Position numbers and translations under genes: made by a program. Under the pieces are notes generated by a model. It searched no databases, had not been told where the DNA came from, and worked only from the letters and a program-made list of their open reading frames with translations. This document shows positions 24,246 to 36,839 of a stretch of 64,000 nucleotides of DNA, piece after piece (the first letter of the stretch is position 1; every line of letters begins with the position of its first letter). This stretch comes from Chiloscyllium plagiosum (lineage: Eukaryota). The DNA is taken from NCBI RefSeq assembly GCF_004010195.1, contig NC_057719.1, forward strand, positions 15,806,844 through 15,870,843. Direction: 5' to 3'.

Positions 24246-26741
24246 GGTAGGCAAAAGCCTAGTGAGAAGTCTAGTTTAAGTATCTTCAAGCATTGCATAA
24301 ATTTGATGAGAAGGATGTGGAAGCCTTTTTCATCTCGTTTGGAAAGGTGGCTAAACAAATGGAGTGGCCAGTAACCATGTGGGTTTTGTTGATCCAAACC
24401 AAACTTGGAGGTAGAACTTGTGAGGTATTTGCATCACTATGAGAGGAGGCATCTGGGGAGTGTGAGGTGGTGTAAAAAGCTATCTTAAGTGCATATAAGC
24501 TTGTACCAGAAGTCTATAGACAATGTTTCAGGAATCTAAGGAGGGACCCTGGTTAAATCTATATTGAATTTGAAAGGATCAAACAAAGTAATTTTGGTAG
24601 GTGGATAAGAGCTTTAAAAATAGAGCAAACTTACAGTGCCCTTATTTATTTTGGAGGAGTTCGAAAATTCACTGCCTGAACCAGTGCAAACTCATGTGGA
24701 AGAGCAGAGAGTTACAACAGCAAGGTTACAGCTGAAATGGTTGATGGCTATGAGTTGGTTCATTTGACTTTCCGAATCAATTTCAATCCATGACAGATAG
24801 AATTTGGCCAAAAGAGAAATCTTCACATGGAGATCATAAGGAGAACTCACCACAGGATAAAAAGGAAACCCTTAAGTTAAAAAGCTCTGTGTTTTCATTG
24901 TAATAAAGTAGACCACAAGAAATCACAGTGTTAGTGGGCTAGGAAACCACAGGAAAGCCAGATGTGGGAAGGCCGGATAAGCCTGGAAGCTTTGTTGGAG
25001 TGGTAACAGAAAGCACAGTGGAAGCTAGAAAGCTGTATCAGAGTGTGCAAGCTGATCAGAGGTTGGTTAAGGAGCAAGTGCCAGATCTGCTGAAAAAAAA
25101 TCCGCAAAGGTAAAATTTATTAACATCGGCCAGGAGTAACAGGTAAAGAGGTTACAGTATTAAGGGGCACAGAGTCTTTTGAGTCTGTGTTGCTGAAGGA
25201 TGAGGAGATATGTATTCCTGAAGGACTATTGCCAGAAAAGTTACTGGTAACAGGAATTCGTGATGTGACAAAAAGTGCTCAATTATGTATAGTGAGATTA
25301 GTATCCAGAAAAGTGTGGAGAATTTGTGGTAGGAGTACTGGACAAACTCTTGGCTCCAGGAATACAATATGTCCTTGCAAATGATATAGCTGATTCACTG
25401 GTAGGCGTGCTGCCTACTCTGGTTGAAAAGCCAGTGGAGACACAGGCAACTGAAGCAACGGAGGATGTTTATCCAGGAATCTTCCCTGATTGAGTAGTAA
25501 CAAGATCGCAGAGTCACAAGCTGAAGCAGGAGACATCAAAGGGCACAGATAAGGAAGCTGAAGTGGCATTAGCAGAGACTGTGTTCGGTCATATAAGTGG
25601 GATAAAACAGGAGCAAATAGGTAAACATCCAAGTATTTTTAACTCTGCTGAACTCATTGAGTTAAAGCAGAAAGATGAAAATTTAAAGCAGTTTGTATCA
25701 AAAGTCATACACAGTAAATGAGTCTGAATGCATCCCTATGTTATTAACTGAAAAGTGATGTTTTAATAAGGAAATAAAGACCATCACATAATCAAGCAGA
25801 TGAGAAATGGGCGAAGATTTATCAAATTATATTGCCAGTGGAGTATAGAAAGGAGGTGTTGAAGGTGACACAGGAGCTACCACTTGGAGATCATTTAGAA
25901 GTGAGGAAAACACAAGCTAAAATACAAAGGCATTTTTACTGGCCCTGGACTGCTCAAAGCTGTAGTTGAATTTTACCAGATGTATCATACATGTCAGGTA
26001 ATTGGAAAACTACAGGTGGTAATAAAACCTGCACCTTTAATACCTATTCCAGCATTTTCGGAATCTTTTACCAGAGTCTTAATTGATTGTGTAGGTCCCC
26101 TACCTCAAATAAAAAGTGGGAATCAGTATTTATTAACAATAATGGATGTATCAACGAGATTTCCAGAGGCTGTTCCATTACGTAATATCACAGCTAAAAG
26201 AATTGAAGAGGAATTACTCCAATTTTGTTACTAGATACGGACTACCAATAGACATACAGTCAGATCAAGGGTCAAACTTCACATCCAAACTATTCAAGGA
26301 AGTTATGGACAGCTTAGGAATAAAACAATGCAAATCTACTGTGTACCATCCAGAATCGCAGGGAGCACTAGAAAGATGGCATCAAATGCTAAAGACCATG
26401 TTGAGGGCTTACAATCAGGATCATCCAGATGATTGGGATAAGGGAATTCTATTTGTGCTTTTTGCAATCAGAGATGCACCAAATGAATCAACCAAATTCA
26501 GTCCATTTGAATTAGTTTTTGGGCATGAAGTGAGAGGACCATTAAAATTGATTAAGGAGAAATTGCTAAGTCAGAGTTCAGAGACCACACATTTGGATTA
26601 TATGTCAAATTTTAGAGACTGATTAAATAGAGCTGGTGGTTGACTAGACAGCATTTAAAAGTATCGCAGCATGAAATGAAACAGGAAGCAGATGAGACCT
26701 CAAAATTTGCAATTTTGCTATCAGGGATAAGATATTAGTGT

Positions 26742-27585
26742 TAGAATTCTTTGAGGAGTAACAAGCAAGTTCGACAAAGAGAGCCAGTATACGTGACCTA
26801 TTCAGATATGCATAAGACCTTTGACAAGATACCATTCAGGACACTGCTAAATAAGGTAAGAGCCCTAGTTATGAAGAAGGCATCTGCATGGTTAGAGGAT
26901 TGGCTGACTGGCAGAAGGCATGGTGTAGGGATAAATGGGTGTATTTTAGAGTGGCAGCTGATGAGTAGTGAAGTTCCATAGGGATCTGTGTTGGGACCAC
27001 AGCCATTCATGTTATACATTAACAAACTGGATGAAGGAACTGTGAGGGCATTGTTGCTAAGTTTGCAGATGACACAAAGCTAGGTGGAGGGACGTAGTAT
27101 TGAGGAAGAGAGGAGGCTGCAGAAGAATAAGGGAGTGGGCAAATAAGTGGCAGATGGAATACAACTTGAGAAAGTGTGAGGTGATATACTTTGGTAGGGA
27201 GAATAGAGGCATAGCCTATTTTCTAAATGGGGGAGAGGCTTCAGAAATCTGAAACACAAAGGGATTTAGGAGGTCCTAGTTCAGGGGTCTCTTCAGGTTT
27301 TCATGTAGGTTCAGTTGGCCATTATGAAGCAAATGCATTCATTTCAAAAGCGCTAGAATACAAGAGCAGAGATGTATGTTGAGGCTGTATAAGACTCTGT
27401 TCAGACCACATATAGAATATGTGAGCAGTTTTGGGCCTCTTATCTAAAGAAGGATTTACTGGTATTAGAGGGGTCGAGGGGAGGTTTAGAAGAATGATCC
27501 CGGAGATGAAGGACTTGCCATATGTGGGATTCTCCTTTCTTCTAAACCCCAGTGAGTATAGTCCTAACCAAGACAATTTCTTCAT
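26742..27585 (+). mobile_element. CR1 RT fragment with a short inverted 3' piece (about 27524-27585)
   Basis: DMHKTFDKIP, AKFADDTK; last segment reads as CR1 on the minus strand. Confidence 0.8.
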
Positions 27586-27792
27586 GAGGAGAAAGTGAGG
27601 ACTGCAGATGCTGGAGGTCAGAGTCGAAAAGTGTGGCGCTGGAGCACAGCAGGTCAGGCAGCATCCGAGGTGCAGGAGAGTCCATGTTTTAGGCATAAGC
27701 CCTTCATTAGCTTATGCCCGAAACATCGATTCTCCTGCTCCTCGGATGCTGCCTGACCTACTGTGCTTTTCCAGTGCCACACTTTTTGACTC
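27586..27792. mobile_element. Fold-back Penelope terminus (family A) with 12-bp TSD
   Basis: Two inverted arms meeting at the hammerhead stem II region; CAATTTCTTCAT at 27574-27585 and 27793-27804. Confidence 0.85.
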
Positions 27793-27834
27793 CAATTTCT
27801 TCATAAGTCAGTTCTGTCTCCCAGGAATAAGTCT

Positions 27835-29240
27835 AATTATAACTCCATCATAACTTCCTTGCTCTTGTATTCAATGTCCTGACTAGAGTCATAGAGTCCG
27901 ATAGCATGGAAACAAGTCCTTTGGCCTAAACTAGTCCATGCTGAACAAGATGTCCATCCACGCTCATCCCATTTTGTGCACTTGGCCCAATATCCTTCTA
28001 ACCCCTTCCTATCCAAGTATTTGTCCAAATGCCGTTTAAATGTTGTTGATGTAACTGCCTCAATCACTTATGCTGGCAGCTCATTCCATTTACGTACCAT
28101 CCATTGTGTAAAAAGGTTTCACCTCAGGTTCCCTTTTATTCTTTCCCCTCTAACCTTAAACTGATGCCCTCTAGTCCTCGATTCTCCAAACCTGGATAAA
28201 GACTAAGTGCATTCATCCTATCCATGCCTCTCATGATCTTATTACTTATAAAATGATCCCCACTCTGTCTCCTACACTCCAAAGAAAAACTCTCCCTACA
28301 ACTTAGACCCATGAATCCTGATAACATACTTTATGCTATTTGTCTTCTTAGCTACCTTATTGACCTATCCTACTGCCTTCAAGTGTCAATGAACATGCAC
28401 ATCAAGATCCTCCAATCCTCTGTACTTCCTAGGGTCTGACCATTCACTATATACACCCTTGCTTTGTGAGTGCTCCCAAATGCATCATCGCACTTTTCAG
28501 GATTAAATTCTGTTTGCCACTGTTAGGTCACCTAACCAGCCCGTCTGTATTATATTATAGTTTCCTCCTTGCTATTTATCACACCCCCAATTTTCCTCTG
28601 AGAACTTACTGAACATATTTGCCACATTTATTAACATCCACAACCAATAGCAAGGGACCCAGCACTGAACCCTGTGATATGCTACTGGACAAGGTTTAAG
28701 GTCACAAAGACATTTTTTGACCATCATCCTCTGCTTCCTGCCACAAGCTAATTTTGGACTCAATTTTCCAAATTGTCCTGGATCCTGTGGGCTCTTAGCT
28801 TCTTCACTGGTCTTCCACGTTTGTCAAAAGGCTTACTGAAGTCCATGTAAACAACATCAGTTACAACACTTTCATCCACATGCAGAGTTACCTCCTCAAA
28901 AGAATTCAATCCCCCCTTAGAAAGCTATGCTGACTATTCTTGATTAATCCTTGTCTCTGAAAATGGATATTAATTTTGTCCATCAGGATTTGTTTTCAAT
29001 AGTTTCCACATCACTGATGTTATACTCACTGGCCTTTAGTTTCCTGATTTACCCTTACCACCCTTCTTGAATACTGGTATCACATTAGCTGTCCTTTAAT
29101 CCTGTGGCCAGAGAGGATTTGAAAATTAATTTCAGAGCCCCTACAATCTCCTCCTTGCATCCCACAGTAGCTTGAGATACATTTCATCTAGTCTGGGGAT
29201 TTATGCACTTTCAAGCCTCCTAAATCTGCAAATACCTCCT
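27835..29240 (-). mobile_element. Decayed CR1 fragments (a 3' end at about 27885-28330 nested in an RT fragment)
   Basis: HER1 tail and RT remnants on the minus strand. Confidence 0.75.
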
Positions 29241-30334
29241 TTCTCAATGATCTCAATGCACTATTCAAGTGTATTTCAGTTCCCCATCCTGATTATTTAG
29301 ATAGAAATAATGGGGAAATAGGAGATCTGGAGCTAGGGAATTATATTCTTTTAATGGGACTGTTCAGGCATAAAAGACCAAATAGCCTCAAAACAATTTT
29401 GTGATTCCGATCATTTATGGAACTACCAAGGGGACAAGGGGAAAATAGTTGTATGAATGTCATGTAAGTGTGATGATGGACTTCAATGAATGCAAAGTAA
29501 AGTGGAATGTTGATGTGGGTTTGAGATGAGAAGGGGTTCAGAGCACAAGAGCCACTTCCTTTCGAATGTAAAGTACTATTCACTCATCCAGTGTTGCACT
29601 TTCACCAAACTGGTGCACATGCTTGCGACCAGGGCCATTGCGGAACAGATGATAGGGCTGCCAATGGTACGGTTCTGTACCTTGGAGCGATATGGGAGTG
29701 GCTTGCAACATAGTCAAGACTGAGTATACCACACCATCCTGTTGTGCTGTGCTCAGCACAGTTGAAGCAGGAAACATGACAATGTGATAGATGCTGAGTA
29801 GCCAGGGGGATAGAAGCAGTCATCTAAGGCGAAGGGTGAGGATATTGAGCTGCAGTAAACTCTGCTCGTGTATGTCAGAGCTCAATTGCATCAGGCTCTA
29901 CAAGGCAAACAGGGCCTGATTGACAATCAGTTCCAGTAGACTTTAGCTGGATGCAGAGAGGAACATTTGACTTGATTTGATTTACCATCACGTGTACCTA
30001 AGTATGGTGAAAAACTGAACATGGAATGTGAAAATCAAATTGTAGCATTTGGTTTGCATTATGTGTATCTATATTTGTTTCCTTTGCGTTACTTATTGCT
30101 AATTAGATATCAATAGAAATTTCACTGAGTCTCATGGTGAGAATCCTTCCAAATACCACAATGCAACTTACACTTAATCAAAATTTTAAGACCTGTATGT
30201 CTGTGTATCAGTGTGTGTATGTAATTAAGATATGAAGAAACTTTTAGCCGTAAGGTTTTGAAACTATTTTGCCAGTATTATTACTAAACATTTTTCGGCT
30301 AGTTTGTATTTATTTTATTTCTAATTTTACCTAG

Positions 30335-30395
30335 GTACGGAATAAGGCTGCATGGCATCTGACTATCCCTCGAGAAAGGATAATAATTCCTACAG
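30335..30395 (+). CDS. CATSPERB: CATSPERB coding exon 4 (VRNKAAWHLTIPRERIIIPT)
   Basis: Pyrimidine tract plus CTAG acceptor, G|GTGAT donor, 61 nt, phase 0 to 1; WHLTIPRERI aligns with human WLVDIPRENI. Confidence 0.9.
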
Positions 30396-30714
30396 GTGAT
30401 TTTTGGGCATGATGAGTTGGTCTCAGGACAAAGATGAAATAGAAATTGAAATTCCCCTTTACTCTTTGGAAACAATGACTCTTAATCCCTTCCATTATTT
30501 ACAAATTAAGGGAAAAATCATCTCCCACATTTGTATTTTAATTATTAGTTTGTACACTGTGACATTACATGTGATTATGAGCTTCTGGAATGTGGATATC
30601 ACAGACTGGTCCAACAGTTATTGTTTGTTCCTACTTGTCCTTGAGGAGGTGGCGATGAGCTATCTTCTTGAATCACTGCTGTCCATATGCCACTGTATGC
30701 ACTGCTGGTTATAC

Positions 30715-31090
30715 TCCAGATTTATTTGAAAGTAGTACTAGCTTTCAGAGTGCTACTCTTTCATCAGGTAGCTAGTGGGGCAGGATCATAAGACTCAGAA
30801 TTTATAGCACAAGATCTTAGTGTCATAATATGATACATTGAACAAACCTAGATCGCTGTTAAGTCTTTCATCTTTTAGAATGATTTGCAGGTTTCGATTC
30901 ATTAATAGGTGAATTCCGGAACTTCTTCCAAGATAACTGAAGGTTTTATAAAAAAAAGTGACACCTCCACTTAGACAATGAATTAAACATGTGAGGTTAG
31001 AGTCTGTCTGTTTTCCAGTCTTGAGTCAGACTGGTTCTGTTTCTAAAGTAGGAATTTATAAAATGTCACATGGATTGACTGCTTGCATTG
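30715..31090 (-). mobile_element. Penelope-like fragment (family B) with degenerate hammerhead at about 30737-30771
   Basis: Minus strand: TAC-CTGATGA-AAAGAGTAGCACTCT-GAAAGCTA-GTA; runs into the gap. Confidence 0.6.
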
Positions 31091-31590
31091 NNNNNNNNNN
31101 NNNNNNNNNNNNNNNNNNNNNNNNNNNNNNNNNNNNNNNNNNNNNNNNNNNNNNNNNNNNNNNNNNNNNNNNNNNNNNNNNNNNNNNNNNNNNNNNNNNN
31201 NNNNNNNNNNNNNNNNNNNNNNNNNNNNNNNNNNNNNNNNNNNNNNNNNNNNNNNNNNNNNNNNNNNNNNNNNNNNNNNNNNNNNNNNNNNNNNNNNNNN
31301 NNNNNNNNNNNNNNNNNNNNNNNNNNNNNNNNNNNNNNNNNNNNNNNNNNNNNNNNNNNNNNNNNNNNNNNNNNNNNNNNNNNNNNNNNNNNNNNNNNNN
31401 NNNNNNNNNNNNNNNNNNNNNNNNNNNNNNNNNNNNNNNNNNNNNNNNNNNNNNNNNNNNNNNNNNNNNNNNNNNNNNNNNNNNNNNNNNNNNNNNNNNN
31501 NNNNNNNNNNNNNNNNNNNNNNNNNNNNNNNNNNNNNNNNNNNNNNNNNNNNNNNNNNNNNNNNNNNNNNNNNNNNNNNNNNNNNNNNNN

Positions 31591-32292
31591 CATTCAATAA
31601 GCGTACCATCTTCTGTGTAAAAAAGTTGCCCGTCAGGTTCCCTTTTATTGTTTCCCCTCTAATCTTAAACTAATGCCCTCTGGTCCTTGGTTCCACAGCC
31701 CTGGGAAAAAGACTAAGTGCATTCACCCTATCCATGCCTCTCATGATCTTATGCACTTCTATAAAATGCCCCCTCAGTCTCTTATGCTCTAAAGAAAAAA
31801 AGTCTTAGTTTGTCCAAACTCTCCCTATAACTTGAGTCCTGGCAAATCCTTGTAAATTTCTTCTGAACTCTTTTCATATTAATAACATCCTTCCTATAGC
31901 AAGGTGACCAAAACTGAACACAACACTCCAAGTGTGGTCCCACCAATGTGCTGTACAATTGCAACATAACTTCCCAACTTCTATACTCAAGACCCTGACC
32001 GATGAAGGCCAGTATGCCAAAAGCTCTGTCTGCTTGAGACTCCACTTTCAGAGAACCTTGCACCTGAACTCCAAGATCCCTGATTTCCATTACACTCCTG
32101 AAGGTGCTACCATTCACCATAATATTCCTACCTTGATTTGACTTTCCAAAATGCAAAGTCTCACATTAGCTATATTAAGCTCCATTTACCATTTCTCGGC
32201 CAATTTCTCCAGCTGATCAAGGTCCTGCTGCAATTTCTGATAACTTTCCTCACTATCCAATATACCGCATATTTTAGTGTCACCTGCAAACT
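31591..32292 (-). mobile_element. CR1 ORF2 3' fragment
   Basis: HFGKSNQG..RDLGVQV..CVQFWSPCYRKD. Confidence 0.85.
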
Positions 32293-34398
32293 TTGTCATC
32301 TATTGTTGTAGCCACTGCTTTTATATGGTGAGTCCAGTTGAGTTTCTGATCAATGGTAACCCATAGGATGTTGATCATGGGGGATTCAGTAATGGTAACA
32401 CTATTGAATATCAAGGGGGCAGTGGTTAGATTGTGTCTTATTGGAGATGGTCATTGCTTGGCATTTGTTACATGCCTTTTGTTGGCCCAAGCCTGGATAT
32501 TGTCCAGGTGTTGTAGCATTTGAACATCAATATCTGAGGAGACACAAATCGTGCTGAACATTGTGCAATCATCAGCAAACATCCCAACTTCTGACTTTAT
32601 GATGGAGGGAAGGTCATTGACGAAGTAGCTGAAGATGCATGGGCCGAGGATACTACCTCAGGAATTCCAGCAAAGATTCCTGAGCTGAGGTGACTAACCT
32701 CTAAGCATGTTCATGTGTTAATATTACAGAGCTCAATATCAGTAGGGAATAATAGATCCTCCAGGTCATGAATATCCTCGAAGCATTAATAAAATGTGAG
32801 AGAAAAAAAAAGTCCAGTGCTTTATAACTGTCACCCAAATGTCTGAAATGAGATTACAGCCTTGGATGTATCCATTATTTTATAATTCTGAACATTGAAC
32901 TCCCCCACCCAGAATACATTTTGAATTTTTGCCACCGTCAGTACTTCTTCATAGTCTTATCAGCGTGATAATCAGGCAAGAGGTTTCCTTGCTCATGTTT
33001 AACCTGAAGCCAAAAGACTTCATGGGAGTCAATGTTGAGGACTTGCAGGGCAGCTTCTCCTGACTGTAAACTACTGTGCTGCCATCTCTGCTGAGTCTCT
33101 CCTGCCAGTGGTACTAGTTTCATTTCATTATTCAGACTTCGTAGTGATCAAGATAACTGAGTGGATTGCCAGGCCATTCCAGAGGGCAATTGAGAGTCAA
33201 CCACATTGCTGTGGCTCTGGAGTCGCATGTAGGCCAGGAGATGGCAGATATCCTTCTTTGAAGGACTTAGCGAGCCAGGTGCCTTTTCTGAAAATCTGAA
33301 ATTATTTCATAGTCATCAGTAGATTGTTAATTCCAGATAATTTGTATTGTACTCAAAGTCCACCATCTGTAATGGTGGGATTTAGACTTGAGTTCCCAGA
33401 ACATTAGCTGAATTTTCATAATAATAGGCTAATGATAATATCACTAGACTATCGCCTCCCCTAAGTTCTACAAGAAAGTAGTCACAGAAGTTTTACAACT
33501 TGAATCAGGATGAGGACAATCCTCTCAGTAGCTATGAAGTGACTGTCACTCTTAGATTTGTTATTTTGGAAAGATGCTGTGTAGATTTATTATTTTAGCA
33601 TAAAAAGTAGATTCAGGGCAGTTAGGGAGACACATTACAAAAAAAAATATTTCATCTTGTTGTGCCCCAGGATGTTACAAAAACATTTTTATGCACTGCG
33701 ATTGTGGGTTCTAAACGCATGTGACCGCACCCCTATCAACATCAGTAGGAAGTGATATCATAATCGCAAGGGATTACCACTGTTTTAATGTGTGCTTGAT
33801 GCAAGATCACACCAAGCAGTTCAACTACTTGAATGTCTGCTATCCTGACAGCAAACATGGTACAGCAACCATATTGCTTTTCTATTATTTGAAACCAAAA
33901 TATCACTTGTTGTCTGATCTCCTGCTTGTAAGTGAAAGCTGGGCTTTCCATGCAAGGATAATGATCTCTTTCTGCCATTCCCATGATTTGAGCCCAGAGG
34001 GACTTCAAAGAAGGCCATGGAACCACCTGCTATATTGCAGAGTAAAAGATTGGTTTCCTGAAGTAAAGGTTTTTCTTATTAGATCGCTTGAGATTGACTT
34101 GCAGCAGTACATACTGATTGGGTGTCTATTTTGCAGTGATGTCCATAATATTACAATCCTGAGGGAATACGCACTATATTCAGGGATACAGAGTCCGCCT
34201 CATGAGGAGAACAGTAAAGATAGGAGAGAAAACTACACTACCATGTGAATCGGAAGGACCAAGAAAAGTTCTTGAGTTTTGTTTTCATTGAATGAACATC
34301 CCCGCATGAGCATCAACCCACAGTCAAAACAATATATCCTATCAGATTCCCCATCAGGAAGTTGTCTTGGCTCACATTACCCAATGAAGCCAAAATAA

Positions 34399-34520
34399 AA
34401 TTCCTGATGAAGGACTTTTGCCCGAAACGTTGATTTTCCTGCTCGTATGCTGCCTGATCTGCTGTGCTTTTCCAGCGCTCTAATCTAGACTCTAGAATCT
34501 GCAGTCCTCACTTTTGTCTA
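34399..34520 (+). mobile_element. Penelope-terminus insert (family A) with mutated hammerhead
   Basis: TTC-CTGATGA-AGGAC-TTTT-GCCC-GAAAC-GTT-GA followed by the family A tail. Confidence 0.75.
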
Positions 34521-35344
34521 TAAAATACCATTGCTCAACCACTTTATCTCAAGCCTCAGTGTACAATGTCTAAAATTAGACAAGATGTTTCAATTGCAGT
34601 TTTCTTCAGTTCATTTTTTAATGCTTTATCAAGTGGCTTGTTGAATAGCAGGGAATGAATAAATGTTTTTACATATTGTTTTTAATACATGACATGCTTC
34701 ACCATAAGTTGGTTTTGGGGCAGAGACTAATAAAATCAACTAAATTAATTATTTGAAAAGGATTAAAGCAAAGGGCAAAGAAATGGATTTAGATTTGATG
34801 ATTTTTTTTTCTGGGAAGTAGATTTCCTACCAGATACAAAGCAGAGAAGAAAGTTGAGTCAACCTACTGCATGAAGTCCTCTGTCAGATTGCGCCTTGTG
34901 TGTTTTTCTGGGGCTTCTTCGTGATGCCACTGATCCTGCAATTTTAACATGTGCCTCCAATCCTAATATCTTAAAGATCTGGAAAGGAAAATTTCCTGTC
35001 TGCTTTTTCATTCCCCTTTGGCTTTTCTCATGGATTATCCAGCATAACTGCTTGATTAAAGATCTTCCTGATTCATTGACAACACCACAAAAGAATTATC
35101 TATTCATTATAACCTTGCTCTTTGTGAGCATTTTCTATTTGCATAATAGGTTCTGTGTTTACAAATGCGACTTTTTCAAAAAGTCCCCGTGAGGTCCTGT
35201 CTGCCCCCACCCACTGTTCGTGTCCCCGTCCGCCCCAATCCTGGCTAACCCCCCAATTTCCCCCCCCCCCCCCCCCAACCCTGTCCAATTGTATGATCTT
35301 ATATAAATGGACACCTTTCTTTATTTCATTCTGAAAACTTGCTT

Positions 35345-36330
35345 ACTTACAGGATAGGAGGACACTACAAGGGCATCCTGTGCTGGAGCCGGTGGACATG
35401 GGTGTGGTCTTAAATGTATAATTTTCATCTGTATTCACAGAGGGGAAAGAAATTGTAGCCAGGGATATCAGTTGGGATGGTCAGATTCGAAACACATTAA
35501 GATTAATAAGGAAGAGGCTTTAGATGATTTTAGCATGCGTGCAGGTGTATAAATCCTGATGAGATGTATCCTGGGGTGGTATAGGAGGCAAGGACAGAAA
35601 TTACTAGGACCCTAGTAGATATATTTAACACTTTTCTGGCCATAGGCAAAGCACCAGATGACTGGAGAACAACTAATGTGGTTCCTTTGCTCAAAATGGG
35701 CAACAGGGATAATCCAGCTAATTACAGACCAGGTAGTGATATTGATGAGGGTAGTGTAATTGATGCAGTTTACATGGACTTCAGTAAGATCTTTGACATG
35801 GAAGACTGGTCCAAAAGGTAAGAATCCTTGGAATTCAATGCAAGTTAATAAACCAGATCCAATATTGGCTTACAAGAAAGAGGCAATGAAGTATGGTGAT
35901 GCAACGTCTGAAACTGAACCTTCCAGCTTAGCGAGCAACCTCACTTCCAGAACCTTCAGAGATCTGTGGACTTGTACACTAAGGTTCCTTTGCTTCTCGG
36001 TACTCCCGAGGGACCTACCATTCATAATGTATATCCTTCCTTATTAGACCTCCTAACATGCATCATCTTGTACTTCTCAGGATTATATTCCATCTGCTAT
36101 TCTCTGCCTAATTTACCAGCAGATCAATGTCAGACCATAGCCTGAGACCATCTTCCTGACCAAACCACCAATATTTGTGCCATCTACAAACTTACTAATT
36201 AAACCTTCTACATTCATATCCAAGTCTTTAATGTAACTTGATACCACAGCATCAAATCCTGTGGTACACTACTGGTCACAGGTTTCCAATTATGAAAATA
36301 ACCCTTCACCATCACCACCTAGTGCTTTCC
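35345..36330. mobile_element. Decayed CR1 fragments (+ strand about 35345-35890; minus strand about 35950-36330)
   Basis: ANVVPL-like, DAVYMDFSK remnants. Confidence 0.65.
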
Positions 36331-36369
36331 ATTCTTGTGTATTGAGTGTGTTTCCTTCCTTTTTCCAGG

Positions 36370-36795
36370 ATACATGAAGATCAACTAGCCACAAAAAGAC
36401 TTGAGCCACTATCACTAGTGTCCTTACATGCAGATGAGGAAGGACGCCAATTTGACTGGGACAACACATCCATCCTAGGACAAGCCAAACAGAGAAACAC
36501 ATAAGAATTCCTAGAAGCATGGCATTCCAACCGGAACTCTTTCAACAAACACATAGATTTGGATCCCATTTACCAACCCCTGAGAAAAGGAGCGGGTAAT
36601 GGCATCATCATAGAAAATGATGTCACCACAGGAAATGACATCACCAACCCAAGGAACTGCAACTCTATCAACAAACACATCGATTTGGACCCTAACCACC
36701 ATACTACTTCAGTGAGCCTCCGGTGAAGTGCTGGTGATATGTCCCACTTTCTATTTATGTGTTTAGGTTTCTTTGGGCTGATGATGCCATTCCCC
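36370..36795. mobile_element. Rearranged Penelope family C fragments
   Basis: Matches 43285-43500 on the + strand, then an inverted piece. Confidence 0.75.
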
Positions 36796-36839
36796 CCTTG
36801 CCCTCTCCAAAAAGGTCACCCCTAGGGAAAATTGGTAGC

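Larger units (their letters stand above)
22979..26740 (+). mobile_element. Gmr1-like Gypsy LTR retrotransposon remnant: LTR (about 22979-23565), degenerate tRNA-Pro PBS, SCAN-like gag, zinc knuckle, protease region, integrase
   Basis: TGTCA...TAACA, then TGGGAGCTCTTTGCAGGAT; FDEKDVEAFFISFGKVAKQMEWP; CFHCNKVDHKKSQC; IDCVGPLP, IQSDQGSNF, YHPESQGALERWH. Confidence 0.85.

Noticed and set aside
29470..29960. Possible ancient Gypsy integrase zinc-finger remnant
   Set aside because: Too degenerate to support without a profile search.
30991..31673. Long ORFs in the track
   Set aside because: Artefacts of the N gap; the same applies to ORFs crossing 60987-61064 and 62619-62917.
33721..34248. 175-aa ORF
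   Set aside because: No recognisable protein or splice context; possibly overlies a very old minus-strand LINE remnant that I cannot confirm.
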